From: Bacteroidales bacterium | GTDB lineage: Bacteria; Bacteroidota; Bacteroidia; Bacteroidales; 4484-276 | Direction: 5' to 3' | Length of the DNA: 64,000 bases | NCBI GenBank assembly: GCA_036794825.1 | Contig: DAIRGA010000022.1 | Coordinates: forward strand, 4,008 to 68,007 | Part shown: piece by piece, positions 19,334-30,039 of the stretch | How the letters are laid out: each line of letters opens with the position of its first letter | Position numbering within the stretch: position 1 is the stretch's first letter | The notes under the pieces: generated by a model | The model's database searches: none | What the model was told of the DNA's origin: nothing | Seen by the model: the letters and a program-made list of their open reading frames with translations, nothing else | Translations under genes and position numbers: made by a program

Positions 19334-20881
19334 TTAGTGCGACGAGAAGTTTTGGATATAGCTTTCCCACTCTTCGAGCTGCTTTGCCCTGATCACACGC
19401 GGGAACTTGTTTTGCGCTCCCTCTTTGCCATGATCGCGCATCCACTGGTAAAATACTTTGGTGGGCAAAACCTCCACAAAGATCTCCTTGATTGCTTCTA
19501 TGCGTTCAACCCGGTAGTCGTCGTTCAGGATTTTGAGGTTGTTGTCTATAATATCGCGGGCGGTTTCTGGATTCAGTACATCATCGGTACCGATAAACCA
19601 TTTGTGCGCGAACATTGAGCTATGTTTAATCCCGGCAACGGTAAACTCTCTGACGGTGATGTTCAGTTCATGGCTCATCATCTCCACCGCCCGGTTCATA
19701 TTTTCCACCGAAAGATGCTCTCCACAAAGGCTCAGGTAATGTTTTGTGCGTCCGGTGATGCGGATCTCGCTGAGTTTTTTTGAAGTGAATTTTATCGTGT
19801 CGCCAATCAGGTAACGCCATGCGCCGGCGTTGGAACTAATCAGAAGTGCGTATTCTTTTTCCTCTTCTATCTGGTTGAGCGTTAGTGCTTCGGGATGGCT
19901 CCTGAGGTTACCTTCATCATCGAAGTTGTTGTTGTTGAAGGGGATAAATTCGAAGAAAAGACCTGTATCCAGCGACATCTGCATCGAGTCAACATGCGGG
20001 CGTTTCTGGTAGGCGATGAATCCTTCGGAGGCGAGATAGGTCTCCATGTAGATCAGCGGCTTGCCCAAAAGTCGTTCGAAACCTTTAACGTAAGGGGCAA
20101 ACGAAACGCCGCCATGCACGTAAATACTCAGGTTAGGCCAGATTTCATGAATGTTTTTCAGACTGTAGCGCTCGATGACCTTTTCCAGAAGAATTTGCAG
20201 CCAGGCCGGCACCCCAACTATCACCCCGATGTCCCAATCCTTTGCACGCCTTACAATCTCTTCCAGTTTAACCGTCCAGTCGCGCTCCTTGGAAATACGC
20301 CGGCCGGGTTTGTAAAAAAACTGGAACCAGAAAGGAATATTTCCTGTGGTAATTCCCGAAAGATCACCGGCATAATAACTCCCGTTGAATTGCAGGTGCG
20401 TGCTTCCGCCAAGCATCAGAATACCTTTTCCTTTTTCGAAAAATTCGGGAGGGAAATTGTACTGCGCCAACGAAAGCAACTGCCTGACGCTCGTTCGCTG
20501 AATTGACCGCAGCACGTCGCCGGTAACCGGTATGTATTTGCTGGAGGCTTCCGAAGTACCCGAGCTGAGAGCGAAATATTTGACTTTCCCCGGCCACGTA
20601 ACGTATGGCTCGCCATTTTGCGAGCGGTACCACCAATTGCTGAATATCGAATTGTAATCAAATACCGGAACCTGCTGCTGAAAAGCCTTAACCATGTCGC
20701 CCGACCGGATGATTTCGGGGAAGTTATGAGCTTCACCAAAATGAGTAAACTGTGCTTTGCGGAGCAGACTATTTAGAACTGCCTGTTGTGCTTTCCAGCC
20801 ATCGAAACTCTTCTGGTTCTCGCTCACACTCAGGCTTCTGAGCTCGATGGCGCGTTTTATGATAGATCCTATGATTGGCAA
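19334..20881 (-). CDS. GH3 (auxin-responsive promoter) family adenylate-forming enzyme homologue
   Basis: 515 aa. The motif YFALSSGTSEASSKYIPVT and overall length match bacterial GH3-family proteins. Confidence 0.7.
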   Translation of the reverse strand: MPIIGSIIKRAIELRSLSVSENQKSFDGWKAQQAVLNSLLRKAQFTHFGEAHNFPEIIRSGDMVKAFQQQVPVFDYNSIFSNWWYRSQNGEPYVTWPGKVKYFALSSGTSEASSKYIPVTGDVLRSIQRTSVRQLLSLAQYNFPPEFFEKGKGILMLGGSTHLQFNGSYYAGDLSGITTGNIPFWFQFFYKPGRRISKERDWTVKLEEIVRRAKDWDIGVIVGVPAWLQILLEKVIERYSLKNIHEIWPNLSIYVHGGVSFAPYVKGFERLLGKPLIYMETYLASEGFIAYQKRPHVDSMQMSLDTGLFFEFIPFNNNNFDDEGNLRSHPEALTLNQIEEEKEYALLISSNAGAWRYLIGDTIKFTSKKLSEIRITGRTKHYLSLCGEHLSVENMNRAVEMMSHELNITVREFTVAGIKHSSMFAHKWFIGTDDVLNPETARDIIDNNLKILNDDYRVERIEAIKEIFVEVLPTKVFYQWMRDHGKEGAQNKFPRVIRAKQLEEWESYIQNFSSH

Positions 20882-21016
20882 TGCGGTTAGGTATTGATTA
20901 TTTTTGCAAACGTAAACAAAAACCTGATATTTCGATCAGATTAATGTTGTCTAAGAAGCTTTTTCTACCCAAAATGGCATGTTTGTTGAACTATTGCTCT
21001 ATCAAATTTTCTGATT

Positions 21017-21832
21017 ATGAAAACTTTAAACATCTTGTACTTTTTTCTCCTTCTGCTTGTAGCTCCGCAGGTTATCAATGCACAGGATCAGATCATCAAA
21101 CGCAACCAGGAGGTAATTTCCTGTAAAATCAAGGAGATCGGGTCGGCTGAAATCAAATACACAATGACAGATTATTCACCCGATGTCATCTTTTCGATCG
21201 AAAAAGACAAAGTGAGCAAAGTCATTTTTGAAGATGGCAAAGAGTTGACATTCAATGTGTCTATGACCGACCCGGGAAATTATGAAGGTCAGCATAAAAA
21301 TGCAGTTAAGGCGGATTTTATCGCACCGCTTACAGGAAATTTCACCATTAGCTACGAGCGCAGCCTGAAGGTGAGCCGGAGCATCGAAGCCACTTTGGGC
21401 ATAATCGGACTGGGCATTGACCCCAACGACAATAACCCGGCGGGTGTTTTCACCAAATTTGGCTATAAATTCATTAAAGATCCCGATTTTTATCTTCAGG
21501 GAATGCGCTATGCACACATCCTCAAAGGTGGCTATTTTAAACCTGAAATAGCCATTGCTGCTTACTCCCGTGATTTCGAAGAGTACGACTATACCAAGCC
21601 TCCGGGACAGGAATACTTTGTGGAAAGAAAGGACATCTTTTCGGTAGCTTTGCTCCTGAATTTTGGTAAGCAGTGGGTGGTTGACAACTCCTTCCTGGTT
21701 GACTTTTACAGCGGAATAGGATATGGTTTCGACAACAATGACGGCGGCTACCACTATGGATATTCCACAGCCAGCAGCACAGTCCCTATAACCTTCTCAG
21801 CCGGTTTGAAAGTCGGCTGGCTTTTCAAATAG
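21017..21832 (+). CDS. Secreted hypothetical protein, probable outer-membrane beta-barrel
   Basis: Signal peptide MKTLNILYFFLLLLVAPQVINAQ. Alternating hydrophobic/aromatic beta-strand pattern through the C-terminal two-thirds. No recognisable catalytic motif. Confidence 0.45.
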   Translation: MKTLNILYFFLLLLVAPQVINAQDQIIKRNQEVISCKIKEIGSAEIKYTMTDYSPDVIFSIEKDKVSKVIFEDGKELTFNVSMTDPGNYEGQHKNAVKADFIAPLTGNFTISYERSLKVSRSIEATLGIIGLGIDPNDNNPAGVFTKFGYKFIKDPDFYLQGMRYAHILKGGYFKPEIAIAAYSRDFEEYDYTKPPGQEYFVERKDIFSVALLLNFGKQWVVDNSFLVDFYSGIGYGFDNNDGGYHYGYSTASSTVPITFSAGLKVGWLFK

Positions 21833-21929
21833 TTTAATCCCTGTAAACAGACCCATCCCGGTGACTTGTATGCCCTCATTGATCTTGATGAAATTTGGGT
21901 GATGATTATCAATCACTCCTTTTATTTGC

Positions 21930-21937
21930 TACTTTTG
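21930..21937 (+). promoter_or_regulatory. Candidate -7 promoter box (TACTTTTG)
   Basis: Exact TAnnTTTG match, 22 nt upstream of the rfbC ATG at 21959. Confidence 0.35.
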
Positions 21938-21958
21938 AAGCCTTAAATTTTGCTTACT

Positions 21959-22504
21959 ATGGAAATAATTAAGACCGAAATTCAGGATTTGCTCATCATT
22001 AAACCCCGCGTATTTGAAGATGACCGGGGATATTTTTTTGAGTCTTACAACCGGCAGAACTTTTTAGCGCAAGGCATTGAAGCTACGTTTGTTCAGGACA
22101 ACGAATCGCGTTCGATGAAAAGCGTACTGCGCGGATTGCATTTTCAAAAGCCTCCGTTCAGCCAGGGAAAACTGGTTAGAGTGATGCGTGGTTCGGTGCT
22201 TGACGTGGCAGTGGATTTGCGCCGCAATTCACCTACTTTCGGTAAATGGGCATCCATTGTGCTCACCGACAAGAACAAATGGATGTACTGGATACCGGAA
22301 GGATTTGCCCACGGATTTCTCACCCTCGAAGACAACACCGTCTTTTTTTACAAATGTACCAGTGTTTACAATCGTGATGCTGAGGGCAGCATCCGCTGGG
22401 ACGACCCTACGCTTAATATTGACTGGGGAAAGTTTGAAAAGCCCATCCTGTCAGACAAAGACATGAATGCGCCCCTGTTTTCAGATTTTGTAAGCCCTTT
22501 CTGA
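21959..22504 (+). CDS. rfbC: dTDP-4-dehydrorhamnose 3,5-epimerase
   Basis: MEIIKTEIQDLLIIKPRVFEDDRGYFFESY...LRGLHFQ...GKLVRV..G.V.DVAVDLR matches the RmlC cupin signature. The track ORF starts at a TTG (21950); the ATG at 21959 is the more likely start. Confidence 0.9.
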   Translation: MEIIKTEIQDLLIIKPRVFEDDRGYFFESYNRQNFLAQGIEATFVQDNESRSMKSVLRGLHFQKPPFSQGKLVRVMRGSVLDVAVDLRRNSPTFGKWASIVLTDKNKWMYWIPEGFAHGFLTLEDNTVFFYKCTSVYNRDAEGSIRWDDPTLNIDWGKFEKPILSDKDMNAPLFSDFVSPF

Positions 22505-22568
22505 AAGTTTACAAATATTAATTCACCTCCCTGCGTTATCAGTTTATCCTAACCCCAATTTAAACTGT

Positions 22569-23534
22569 ATGTCAATCTTAAAAACTCTCTGGATTGTTAT
22601 TGGTCTGATGACCATTGTTCTGCTTAATGTTTTTCTTTTTCAGGCATTTAGCGAAAAAGAAATCCATCCTGACGAAACCATCAAGCCATTTGAAAAAATG
22701 CAGATGCCGCCGGTTTACAATGTAGTTATTCCCGAAAAGATGGCCTTTTGCAATGAGCCGGTTCCCATTGATATGTTCCTGGTGAGGGAGTTTCTGGATC
22801 GTGAACTCACCTCCAACACCTATTTTCACTCCTCCACGATCATGCTTTTTAAGCGCGCAAATCGCTGGTTTCCCATTATTGAACCAATCCTTGCCGAGCA
22901 AAAGATTCCTAACGATTTCAAGTACCTCGCCCTGATAGAGAGCAGCCTCGAAAATACGGTTTCTCCGGCCGGTGCTGCCGGGGTTTGGCAAATACTGGCT
23001 GTCACAGCCCGTGAATACGGCCTTGAGGTGAACGATGGCATTGACGAGCGCTATCACCTCGAAAAAGCTACCGTGGCTGCCTGCAAATACCTCAGGAGTT
23101 CCTATGAGAAATTTGGAAGTTGGACGCTGGCTGCTGCCGCCTACAACACTGGCAATGCACGCATCACCAAATCACTGTCGGAGCAGCGTGTTGACAATTA
23201 TTACGATCTGTTTCTCAACCAGGAAACGGCCCGTTACATCTTCAGGATACTGGCTGTTAAGACGATTTTCGAAAATCCGCAGCAATATGGCTATTATATG
23301 GATAGGAGAGAGTTTTTCCCGCCAATTCCCACCCGCACGGTCGAAGTGACCCAAACCATCCCAAGCCTGGTTGATTTTGCCGGGGACCACAAAATTACCT
23401 ACAAAGTGCTCAAATATTTCAACCCCTGGCTGAGACAGGAAACTCTCCCCAATGCTTCAAAACGAACCTACCAAATCAAAATCCCGCTCGAGGGTTATAC
23501 CAATTACTCAAAGCTTTGGGAAACAGAGCAGTAG
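22569..23534 (+). CDS. Lytic transglycosylase (SLT domain, MltD-like)
   Basis: N-terminal TM/signal anchor. SLT catalytic motif LALIESSLENTVSPAGAAGVWQI, followed by AAAYNTG. Confidence 0.8.
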   Translation: MSILKTLWIVIGLMTIVLLNVFLFQAFSEKEIHPDETIKPFEKMQMPPVYNVVIPEKMAFCNEPVPIDMFLVREFLDRELTSNTYFHSSTIMLFKRANRWFPIIEPILAEQKIPNDFKYLALIESSLENTVSPAGAAGVWQILAVTAREYGLEVNDGIDERYHLEKATVAACKYLRSSYEKFGSWTLAAAAYNTGNARITKSLSEQRVDNYYDLFLNQETARYIFRILAVKTIFENPQQYGYYMDRREFFPPIPTRTVEVTQTIPSLVDFAGDHKITYKVLKYFNPWLRQETLPNASKRTYQIKIPLEGYTNYSKLWETEQ

Positions 23535-23547
23535 GATAAGTGTGATT

Positions 23548-26112
23548 TCAATTTTCTAAAAGATAATCACCCAGATTCTTTACCTTCAGTTGCCTTGTGA
23601 ATTCTTCAGGGCTCAGATTGCTCTCAACTTGCACTGAAATAGTTTCACCTGGCAGCAGATGAAAAAAGTTATTGCTGAAAACTGCATGACTCTCCGTTAT
23701 CCACAAGTGAACAAACGCGGCAAACCCATCTGCAGTAAGTTTGACCTCAAAGCCGCCTTCCTTTGCGTTGATTTCGGGTGATATACTACTTGCCGGTAAG
23801 GTAAGATCGCCATAACGGGCAAAGAAGAAATTACTTTGATAAGTCCGAAGGGAGTCGCTGAAAGTAGCAGTCAGAAAGCATTTTGCCGGGTCGAAACCTC
23901 CGGGAATGGTGGTCTTGCTGAACGATAACAGCTCGTTGCTGCTGTTGGCAGGGATGGTGGTCATTTTCTCATAGTTCCAGAGTTGCTTACCCTTGAAATC
24001 TTTAAGTGTTAGCTCAAATTTCCCACTAACAGCCGCCATCCTGTCAGAAACCAGGAAGACCGAACCGGAGTCCTCCTTCATCACCACCGAAACCAGGACG
24101 TCGTCATAACCCTCTCTCACAGCATATTGCAGCGCTTTCCGGTTGCCATGGAAATCGGTTCCCGACCAGCTTGTTACAGGCCAGCAGTCGTTGAGCTGCC
24201 AGTACAAAGTTCCCATGCAGCGGGGTTTTGCGCGCCGGTGAGCATCAATTGCCATACGGATTCCTTTTGCCTGCACAATCTGACCGAAATAAATCAACTC
24301 CTCCAGTGTTTTCGGGAACAGCCTCTCTCTTTCGAGGTAGATGCTTATGCTTTCGTAGCCTACGGGATGTTTCTGGTGACAGCGCAATTCGGGAGAGTAA
24401 AGGGTATCGGCCTCTTCAGGCTGAAATGACCGTATGGTGGAAAGGGCCGGCGGCGCCTGGAAACCGTATTCACTCATAAAGCGAGGAACTTTTTCGAGGT
24501 AGATTTCAAAGGGCTGCCTTCCCCACCAAACTCCCCAGTAGTGGGCATTTCCGTCAGAAAGGCTCTCCTTGCGCCCCCAGCCGTGAACCGGCGAAGTGGA
24601 GAGATAGAACCGTTGTGGGTCATGAGTTGTAATGGCGCCGGGTAACACCTGGTGAAAGATCTTTTTATATCCTTCCCAGATCGCTGCGGAATCTTCTGCC
24701 GACATATTGTATTGCTTTTGCCAGCCCCAGTTGTGCCAGCCTTCATCCGACTCATTGTTGCCACACCATAGCGCCAGGCTCGTGTGATTGCGCAACCTCC
24801 TGACCTGCTGAATAGCTTCCTGCTTTACATTTTCCACAAAAGACTCATCGCCGGGATACATGGCGCAGGCAAACATAAAATCCTGCCACACCATGATCCC
24901 ATGCTCGTCGCAGAGCCTGTAAAAATCGTCTTCTTTATAGATGCCGCCTCCCCACACCCTCAGCATATTCATGTTCGATTCCACCGCAAGCATGACAAGC
25001 TTTTCATAGTCAGCATACTGCACTTCCGTTACAAAGCTGTGCGGAGGGATGATGTTGGCGCCTTTTGCAAAAACATTTTTACCATTCAGCCTGATATAGA
25101 GCGATTTGCCAAATTCATCCTCTTCTCTCACCACCTCCAGCGTGCGGATACCAAAATCCATATTTTTTGTCCATAAATAACCGGAGGCGGTTTTTAATTC
25201 AATTTCCAGCTGGTAAAGATGTGCATCACCAAGCCCATTGCACCACCATAATTCCGGATCTTCAATTGCGAACCAAAACGCATACTCGCCCGTAATGGTT
25301 GACAATTGTAAATACTGTTTCAGATATCGCTCCCCGGTTTCGCGGTCGGTGATGGTAAGCGTGGCTTTTTCGTCAACAGCTGAGCTAACCGTCAGATTTA
25401 GCATCAGTTCGGCTTTTTCATTATTGACTGAGCTGGTAAACAAATGTAAATCGCTGATCAGATGATTTTTCCAGGATTTAAGATAAACCGGTTTCCAGAT
25501 GCCTGCGGTAACGAATTTTGGCCCCCAGTCCCACCCGAAGTGATAAGCCGCTTTGCGGGCAAATACCCACCTTCCACCTGGAATAGGGTAGGGGTAAGCG
25601 GCAGAATCAGCAAGGAAACGGTTTTCGGCTGAAGAGAATTTAACTTCGAGTAGATTTTCCCCATCCAAAAGCAGCGATTTACAATCCACCTCCCACCTGC
25701 GAAACATATTACTGGCCACCAGTATGGACTTCCCGTTCAGCAGGACTTCGGCATAAGTGTCAAGTCCTTCAAAAACCAGGAGAATGTGCTCGTTGGAAAG
25801 TAACGCTTCATCAACTTTGAAAGATTTCCTGTAAATCCAGTCAGAAGCACCGATCCATTGCAGCTCCTTTTCGTTGCAACCATAATACGGGTCGGCAATC
25901 GCACCGTTTTTCAGCAGATCGGTGTGAACGGTACCCGGAACCTTTGCAGGCAGCCACTCCTGTTCCTGCGCATCCAATTTTTTAAACTCCCACCCATCGT
26001 TGAGAAGGATCGTCTCATCCATTGGTTTTTCCAAGGTCGAGCAGGAAATCAGGAAAGTCAATAGAAGGTAAAACAGATTTTTCATGACAGAAAATTTACA
26101 ATTGTTATTCAT
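23548..26112 (-). CDS. Glycoside hydrolase family 2 beta-mannosidase
   Basis: 854 aa with a lipoprotein-like leader (LTFLISCS). GH2 sugar-binding, Ig and TIM-barrel order, with WWCNGLGDAHLY and SLALWCGNNE motifs typical of beta-mannosidases. The true start may be the internal Met (MKNLFYLL) at about 26085. Confidence 0.75.
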   Translation of the reverse strand: MNNNCKFSVMKNLFYLLLTFLISCSTLEKPMDETILLNDGWEFKKLDAQEQEWLPAKVPGTVHTDLLKNGAIADPYYGCNEKELQWIGASDWIYRKSFKVDEALLSNEHILLVFEGLDTYAEVLLNGKSILVASNMFRRWEVDCKSLLLDGENLLEVKFSSAENRFLADSAAYPYPIPGGRWVFARKAAYHFGWDWGPKFVTAGIWKPVYLKSWKNHLISDLHLFTSSVNNEKAELMLNLTVSSAVDEKATLTITDRETGERYLKQYLQLSTITGEYAFWFAIEDPELWWCNGLGDAHLYQLEIELKTASGYLWTKNMDFGIRTLEVVREEDEFGKSLYIRLNGKNVFAKGANIIPPHSFVTEVQYADYEKLVMLAVESNMNMLRVWGGGIYKEDDFYRLCDEHGIMVWQDFMFACAMYPGDESFVENVKQEAIQQVRRLRNHTSLALWCGNNESDEGWHNWGWQKQYNMSAEDSAAIWEGYKKIFHQVLPGAITTHDPQRFYLSTSPVHGWGRKESLSDGNAHYWGVWWGRQPFEIYLEKVPRFMSEYGFQAPPALSTIRSFQPEEADTLYSPELRCHQKHPVGYESISIYLERERLFPKTLEELIYFGQIVQAKGIRMAIDAHRRAKPRCMGTLYWQLNDCWPVTSWSGTDFHGNRKALQYAVREGYDDVLVSVVMKEDSGSVFLVSDRMAAVSGKFELTLKDFKGKQLWNYEKMTTIPANSSNELLSFSKTTIPGGFDPAKCFLTATFSDSLRTYQSNFFFARYGDLTLPASSISPEINAKEGGFEVKLTADGFAAFVHLWITESHAVFSNNFFHLLPGETISVQVESNLSPEEFTRQLKVKNLGDYLLEN

Positions 26113-26362
26113 CTAATTAACGCCAACATGACGAAGAAAATAAAATGCAATCATAGCAGGGCAAATCGGTGTTCTTTGGTGACCTGGGAAAATATTGAGT
26201 GAAGATCATTTTCAATTAAAAATTAATCCGGGTACACTCTACTGTGTCCTATTGTGTCTATTGTGGTGAAAAAAGCAGAAACAAAAATATCTATTTTTCA
26301 AACGACCGGCAATTCCAAACCCGAAAGGTTTGTAGGAATCGTTTGGGTTAAATGATTTCCGC

Positions 26363-26370
26363 TACTTTTG
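26363..26370 (+). promoter_or_regulatory. Candidate -7 promoter box (TACTTTTG)
   Basis: Exact TAnnTTTG match, 56 nt upstream of the ATG at 26426. Confidence 0.3.
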
Positions 26371-26425
26371 CTGAAAACCCTTTCCGTAGGGTGTAAAAGT
26401 ATCCATTCTGATTAAAAAACGTGCA

Positions 26426-28930
26426 ATGTCAAAAAAGATACTCCCGCTCGTTCATGCATTGTTGATCGCTGGCCAAATGGCCATTGGGCAGCAAACCGGC
26501 AACATTGTTGCCTATTTCGGCCAGGAAAAGATCGAAACTACCAGCGAAGGCACTGTAATTCATCATTTTAAAAAAGGTTATGCACTGAAGGATGTTTTCC
26601 CGGGGGGAATGCTCTTTACCGGCCGTGATTTCATTGCCTGGCAACTGGCTTCCGGGAATTTTAAATCACCGGAAATAAGGCCTGAACAAATTATGAATGT
26701 GGATGGCAAAGACCTTTTGCTGAGCTGGCAACCTATCGAGGCCGATTCGTCAGGCAAATTCACCGGCGGAATGCAGAGCGCTTACTTATACACAAGCTTT
26801 TTTACTGAAGATGAAATGACCGTTCTGCTTGATGCTACCGGCCATACAAGGGTTTTTATCAATGGCTTACCGCATGAAGGCGACCACTACGATTACGGTT
26901 ACACCCTGATTCCTGTAACACTCAGGAAGGGACTGAACGAGTTCATTTTCACCCCCGGCAGGTTTGGCAGGGTAAAGGCAAAGCTGGTCAAACCAGGCAA
27001 AGCGGCGATTTTTTCAAAAAGAGACATGACCCTACCCGGTATCATCATTGGCGAAACCGAAGAAAAATGGGCTGCCATAAGGGTGCTGAATACCACCGGA
27101 AATGACCTCACCGGACTCTCCATCACCTGCCTTCTCGAAACAGGCGAAAAGGCTGATTTTGAAACCGGTAACATCATCTCTCTTATCACACGCAAATGCC
27201 GTTTCAAAATTCCGTCACCCACCTCAGTTCCAACTTCCGACACCATAGTTGCCCGGCTTTTGTTGAGCGACAAGGATGGTAATCTGCTCGATTCCACAAC
27301 CATCACACTCAAAAATCAGCGCCCTGACCGGCGCCACGAACGAACCTTCGTCAGCAACATTGATGGCAGTGTGCAGTATTACAGCGTTGCTCCATCGCTC
27401 TCCACCGAAAAGGGACAGGCCTTTGTACTTTCGACACACGGTGCTTCGGTGGAAGCAACCAGCCAAACCCGCGCTTACAAGCAGAAAGACTGGGCGCATA
27501 TTGTGGCGCCCACCAACCGCCGGCCTTTTGGTTTCAACTGGGAAGAGTGGGGCAGGATGGATGCCCTGGAGGTGATGATTGACGCCCTGAGGTACTACGA
27601 CACCGACCCACACCGCCGCTACCTCACCGGTCACTCTATGGGTGGGCATGGCTCGTGGTTCCTCGGCGCTACCTATCCCGACCTCTTTGCCGCCATCGGT
27701 CCGTGCGCAGGCTACCCCGATATCATCACCTACCGGCGGGGTTCTGATTCTACATCTCTCTCCAGCCCGCACTTTGCCATGATCCGGAGAGGAGCTGCCG
27801 CCGGACGTACTGAAACGCTGGCACGCAACTACCTCCAGTCCGGTGTTTATGTGCTGCACGGAAGCGCCGATGAAGTGGTTTCGCCGCAGTTTGCAAGAGG
27901 AATGCGCAACCTGTTAGGCGGATTTCACAACAATTTTTGCTATTATGAGTACCCCGGCGGTTCGCACTGGTATGGCGACCACAGCATGGACTGGCCGCCG
28001 CTGTTCGACTTCCTGCGTCAAAATAAAATCCCGAAAACCACCGAAGTCAGGCAATTAGAATTCACCACAGCATCGCCCGGCGTTTCTGCCACCAACTATT
28101 GGATCAGGATCAACCGGCAACAAAAATGCTATCAACTTTCTTCGGTCAGTTTCCAACGCTCCGGCGATACCATCAGCGGAACCGCAACCAATGTTGAGTC
28201 TCTCACCTTGTTGCTTTCAAAGCTTGATTTTGAAGGGAATCCTGTGGTTAAGTTGGATGGCAAATTCTTTTCTGGCAAAAAAGGCAACGACCTGATCCTT
28301 GAAAAGGATGCTATTGGCTGGAAAGAGGTTCCTGCTCTTGACCTCAAAGCTAAACACCCAGCACGCTACGGCGGTTTCAAGCTGGCTTTCGACAGGCAGA
28401 TGCTTTTCGTATTTGCCACCGGTGGATCGCCGGAAATAAATGAATGGTATAAAAACAAAGCCCGTTTCGACGCCGAAACCTTCCTTTACCGTGGGAACGG
28501 CTCGGTGGACCTCATTCCCGACACCCTGTTTTCGCCTGAAAAGTTCCCTCAGAGGAACATCATTATCTACGGAAATGCCGACAATAACATGGCGTGGAGT
28601 AAATTGCTGCAACATTCTCCGGTACAGGTTTTCAACAACAGAATAGAATTTGGAGATGATACCCTGGAAGGTGAAAATCTGGGTACTTATTTTCTTTATC
28701 CCCGCTCTGACAGTGATTTTGCCAGTGTTGGCGTGGTGGCTGGCACCGGCCCGCATGGGATGAAAGCCGCCTTCGCCAACGACTACTTCTCCGGAATTAC
28801 CGGTTTTCCCGATCTGTTGATCTTTAACATCTCCTTGCTGAGCGAAGGTCTTGAGGGAATGATCGTTTCCGGATTTTTTGGAAATCAATGGGATGTTGAA
28901 ACTGGTGAATTTGTCAGAACCTGGCCATAG
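26426..28930 (+). CDS. Secreted alpha/beta-fold serine hydrolase (prolyl-oligopeptidase/esterase-like) with large flanking domains
   Basis: 834 aa with a signal peptide. Nucleophile elbow YLTGHSMGGHGSW, later VLHGSADEVV and GGSHWY, consistent with a Ser-Asp-His triad. Confidence 0.6.
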   Translation: MSKKILPLVHALLIAGQMAIGQQTGNIVAYFGQEKIETTSEGTVIHHFKKGYALKDVFPGGMLFTGRDFIAWQLASGNFKSPEIRPEQIMNVDGKDLLLSWQPIEADSSGKFTGGMQSAYLYTSFFTEDEMTVLLDATGHTRVFINGLPHEGDHYDYGYTLIPVTLRKGLNEFIFTPGRFGRVKAKLVKPGKAAIFSKRDMTLPGIIIGETEEKWAAIRVLNTTGNDLTGLSITCLLETGEKADFETGNIISLITRKCRFKIPSPTSVPTSDTIVARLLLSDKDGNLLDSTTITLKNQRPDRRHERTFVSNIDGSVQYYSVAPSLSTEKGQAFVLSTHGASVEATSQTRAYKQKDWAHIVAPTNRRPFGFNWEEWGRMDALEVMIDALRYYDTDPHRRYLTGHSMGGHGSWFLGATYPDLFAAIGPCAGYPDIITYRRGSDSTSLSSPHFAMIRRGAAAGRTETLARNYLQSGVYVLHGSADEVVSPQFARGMRNLLGGFHNNFCYYEYPGGSHWYGDHSMDWPPLFDFLRQNKIPKTTEVRQLEFTTASPGVSATNYWIRINRQQKCYQLSSVSFQRSGDTISGTATNVESLTLLLSKLDFEGNPVVKLDGKFFSGKKGNDLILEKDAIGWKEVPALDLKAKHPARYGGFKLAFDRQMLFVFATGGSPEINEWYKNKARFDAETFLYRGNGSVDLIPDTLFSPEKFPQRNIIIYGNADNNMAWSKLLQHSPVQVFNNRIEFGDDTLEGENLGTYFLYPRSDSDFASVGVVAGTGPHGMKAAFANDYFSGITGFPDLLIFNISLLSEGLEGMIVSGFFGNQWDVETGEFVRTWP

Positions 28931-29040
28931 TCTTTAATCTCTCAGTCCCGCAGTCTCCCTGTCTCTGATTCTCTAAGTACCCAGGCGCCCAATTATCCCG
29001 AATATCAATCCCAGTGGGAGTTAGTTATAACCCTGATCGC

Positions 29041-29793
29041 CTATAGCGAACTGGTGCGAAACCAGGTGGCTTCCTGCAGAATAACACTATATTTGTAGCC
29101 AGCGCCGAAGTCTTTGTCTGTGCTCAATATACCCTCAAAAGTCAAAACATCTCCAACCTCGAAATCTACCGGCATGGCCGATGTCACCGTCAGGTCAAAA
29201 TCACCACCGCTTTCGGTTCCATCCTGAATATGTATCCAGTTAAGATTCATAATACCTGTGTTGATCTTTACCACCTGACCACTCAAAATTACTTTTTTGC
29301 CGTTGAGAGTTGATTTGTTACTGAAAATTTCTGCAATCGTTTTTCCGTTTTTGGCAGGCTCAACACGAATGCCTTGCTGCGATTGTGTTTTAGCGTGGTT
29401 ATGCGAAGCGGAAGCGTCGGCAGTGTTTTGGCTACCTCCGGGTTTGATATCACCAAAATCCTGGATAAACATCACCGAATCGAAAACGCGGCCTAATTGC
29501 TCGCTTTCGAAATCCTTCATTACCATTCCCGTCACGTAAGCATAGGTTTTGCCAATTTCGACAGGTCTGGCAGTGATGGCTGCCCAGAATACCTTGCCCT
29601 CATTGTCAAGTTTTACATAGGTGTATGTGCCTGCATGCATAAATTCAAGCACTTTAGCTATGTGTTTGTTGGCCATATCCATTTGCTTCATGATTTCGTC
29701 AAGTTTTTGCTCTTTATCAGATGTAGTGCTGGTTTGGTTATTGCAGGCCGATAAAATTGCCACTATCAGCATAATCAGGAATGTAAGTCTCAT
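29041..29793 (-). CDS. Hypothetical lipoprotein with two OB-fold-like halves
   Basis: The track ORF extends to 29871. The Met at 29793 gives a clean lipoprotein leader, MRLTFLIMLIVAILSACNNQ. No catalytic motif recognised. Confidence 0.5.
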   Translation of the reverse strand: MRLTFLIMLIVAILSACNNQTSTTSDKEQKLDEIMKQMDMANKHIAKVLEFMHAGTYTYVKLDNEGKVFWAAITARPVEIGKTYAYVTGMVMKDFESEQLGRVFDSVMFIQDFGDIKPGGSQNTADASASHNHAKTQSQQGIRVEPAKNGKTIAEIFSNKSTLNGKKVILSGQVVKINTGIMNLNWIHIQDGTESGGDFDLTVTSAMPVDFEVGDVLTFEGILSTDKDFGAGYKYSVILQEATWFRTSSL

Positions 29794-29947
29794 AATTTTT
29801 AAATTTGGCAATAGTAACAACTCAATGTTACTTTTGTCATTGCCAGAGACTTTTTTCTTTGGATACAGCAAACGAAATTTCAGCCACTAATCCCACATAT
29901 CTCCATAATCTTGCGGCTGAGCCAAAGGCCTAACCGGTGGCTTCGAC

Positions 29948-30039
29948 AAGCTCAGCCACCGTTGATTGGCAAGCTCAGCCACCGTTGATTGGCAAGCTCA
30001 GCCACTCTTGATTGGCAGGTTCAGCCACCGTTGATTGGC
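29948..30039. repeat. Four perfect-to-near-perfect tandem copies of a 23-bp unit (aagctcagccaccgttgattggc)
   Basis: Units at 29948-29970, 29971-29993, 29994-30016 (1 substitution) and 30017-30039 (2 substitutions). Each contains the dyad GCCA-N8-TGGC. The array is intergenic, between divergent genes starting at 29793 (-) and 30228 (+). Confidence 0.9.

Noticed and set aside
21950-21958. TTG-initiated N-terminal extensions in the ORF track (rfbC 21950; response regulator 50412; also long leaders at 29871, 62822 and 26112)
   Set aside because: Internal ATG codons give canonical N-termini (MEIIKTEIQ…, MKVVIIEDE…, lipoprotein leader MRLTFLIM…, [11 protein letters not shown]…). The extensions are probably artefacts of longest-ORF calling.
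29948-30039. Possible CRISPR array
   Set aside because: The 23-bp units are directly abutting with no spacers, there are only four copies, and no cas genes are present. This is a simple tandem repeat.
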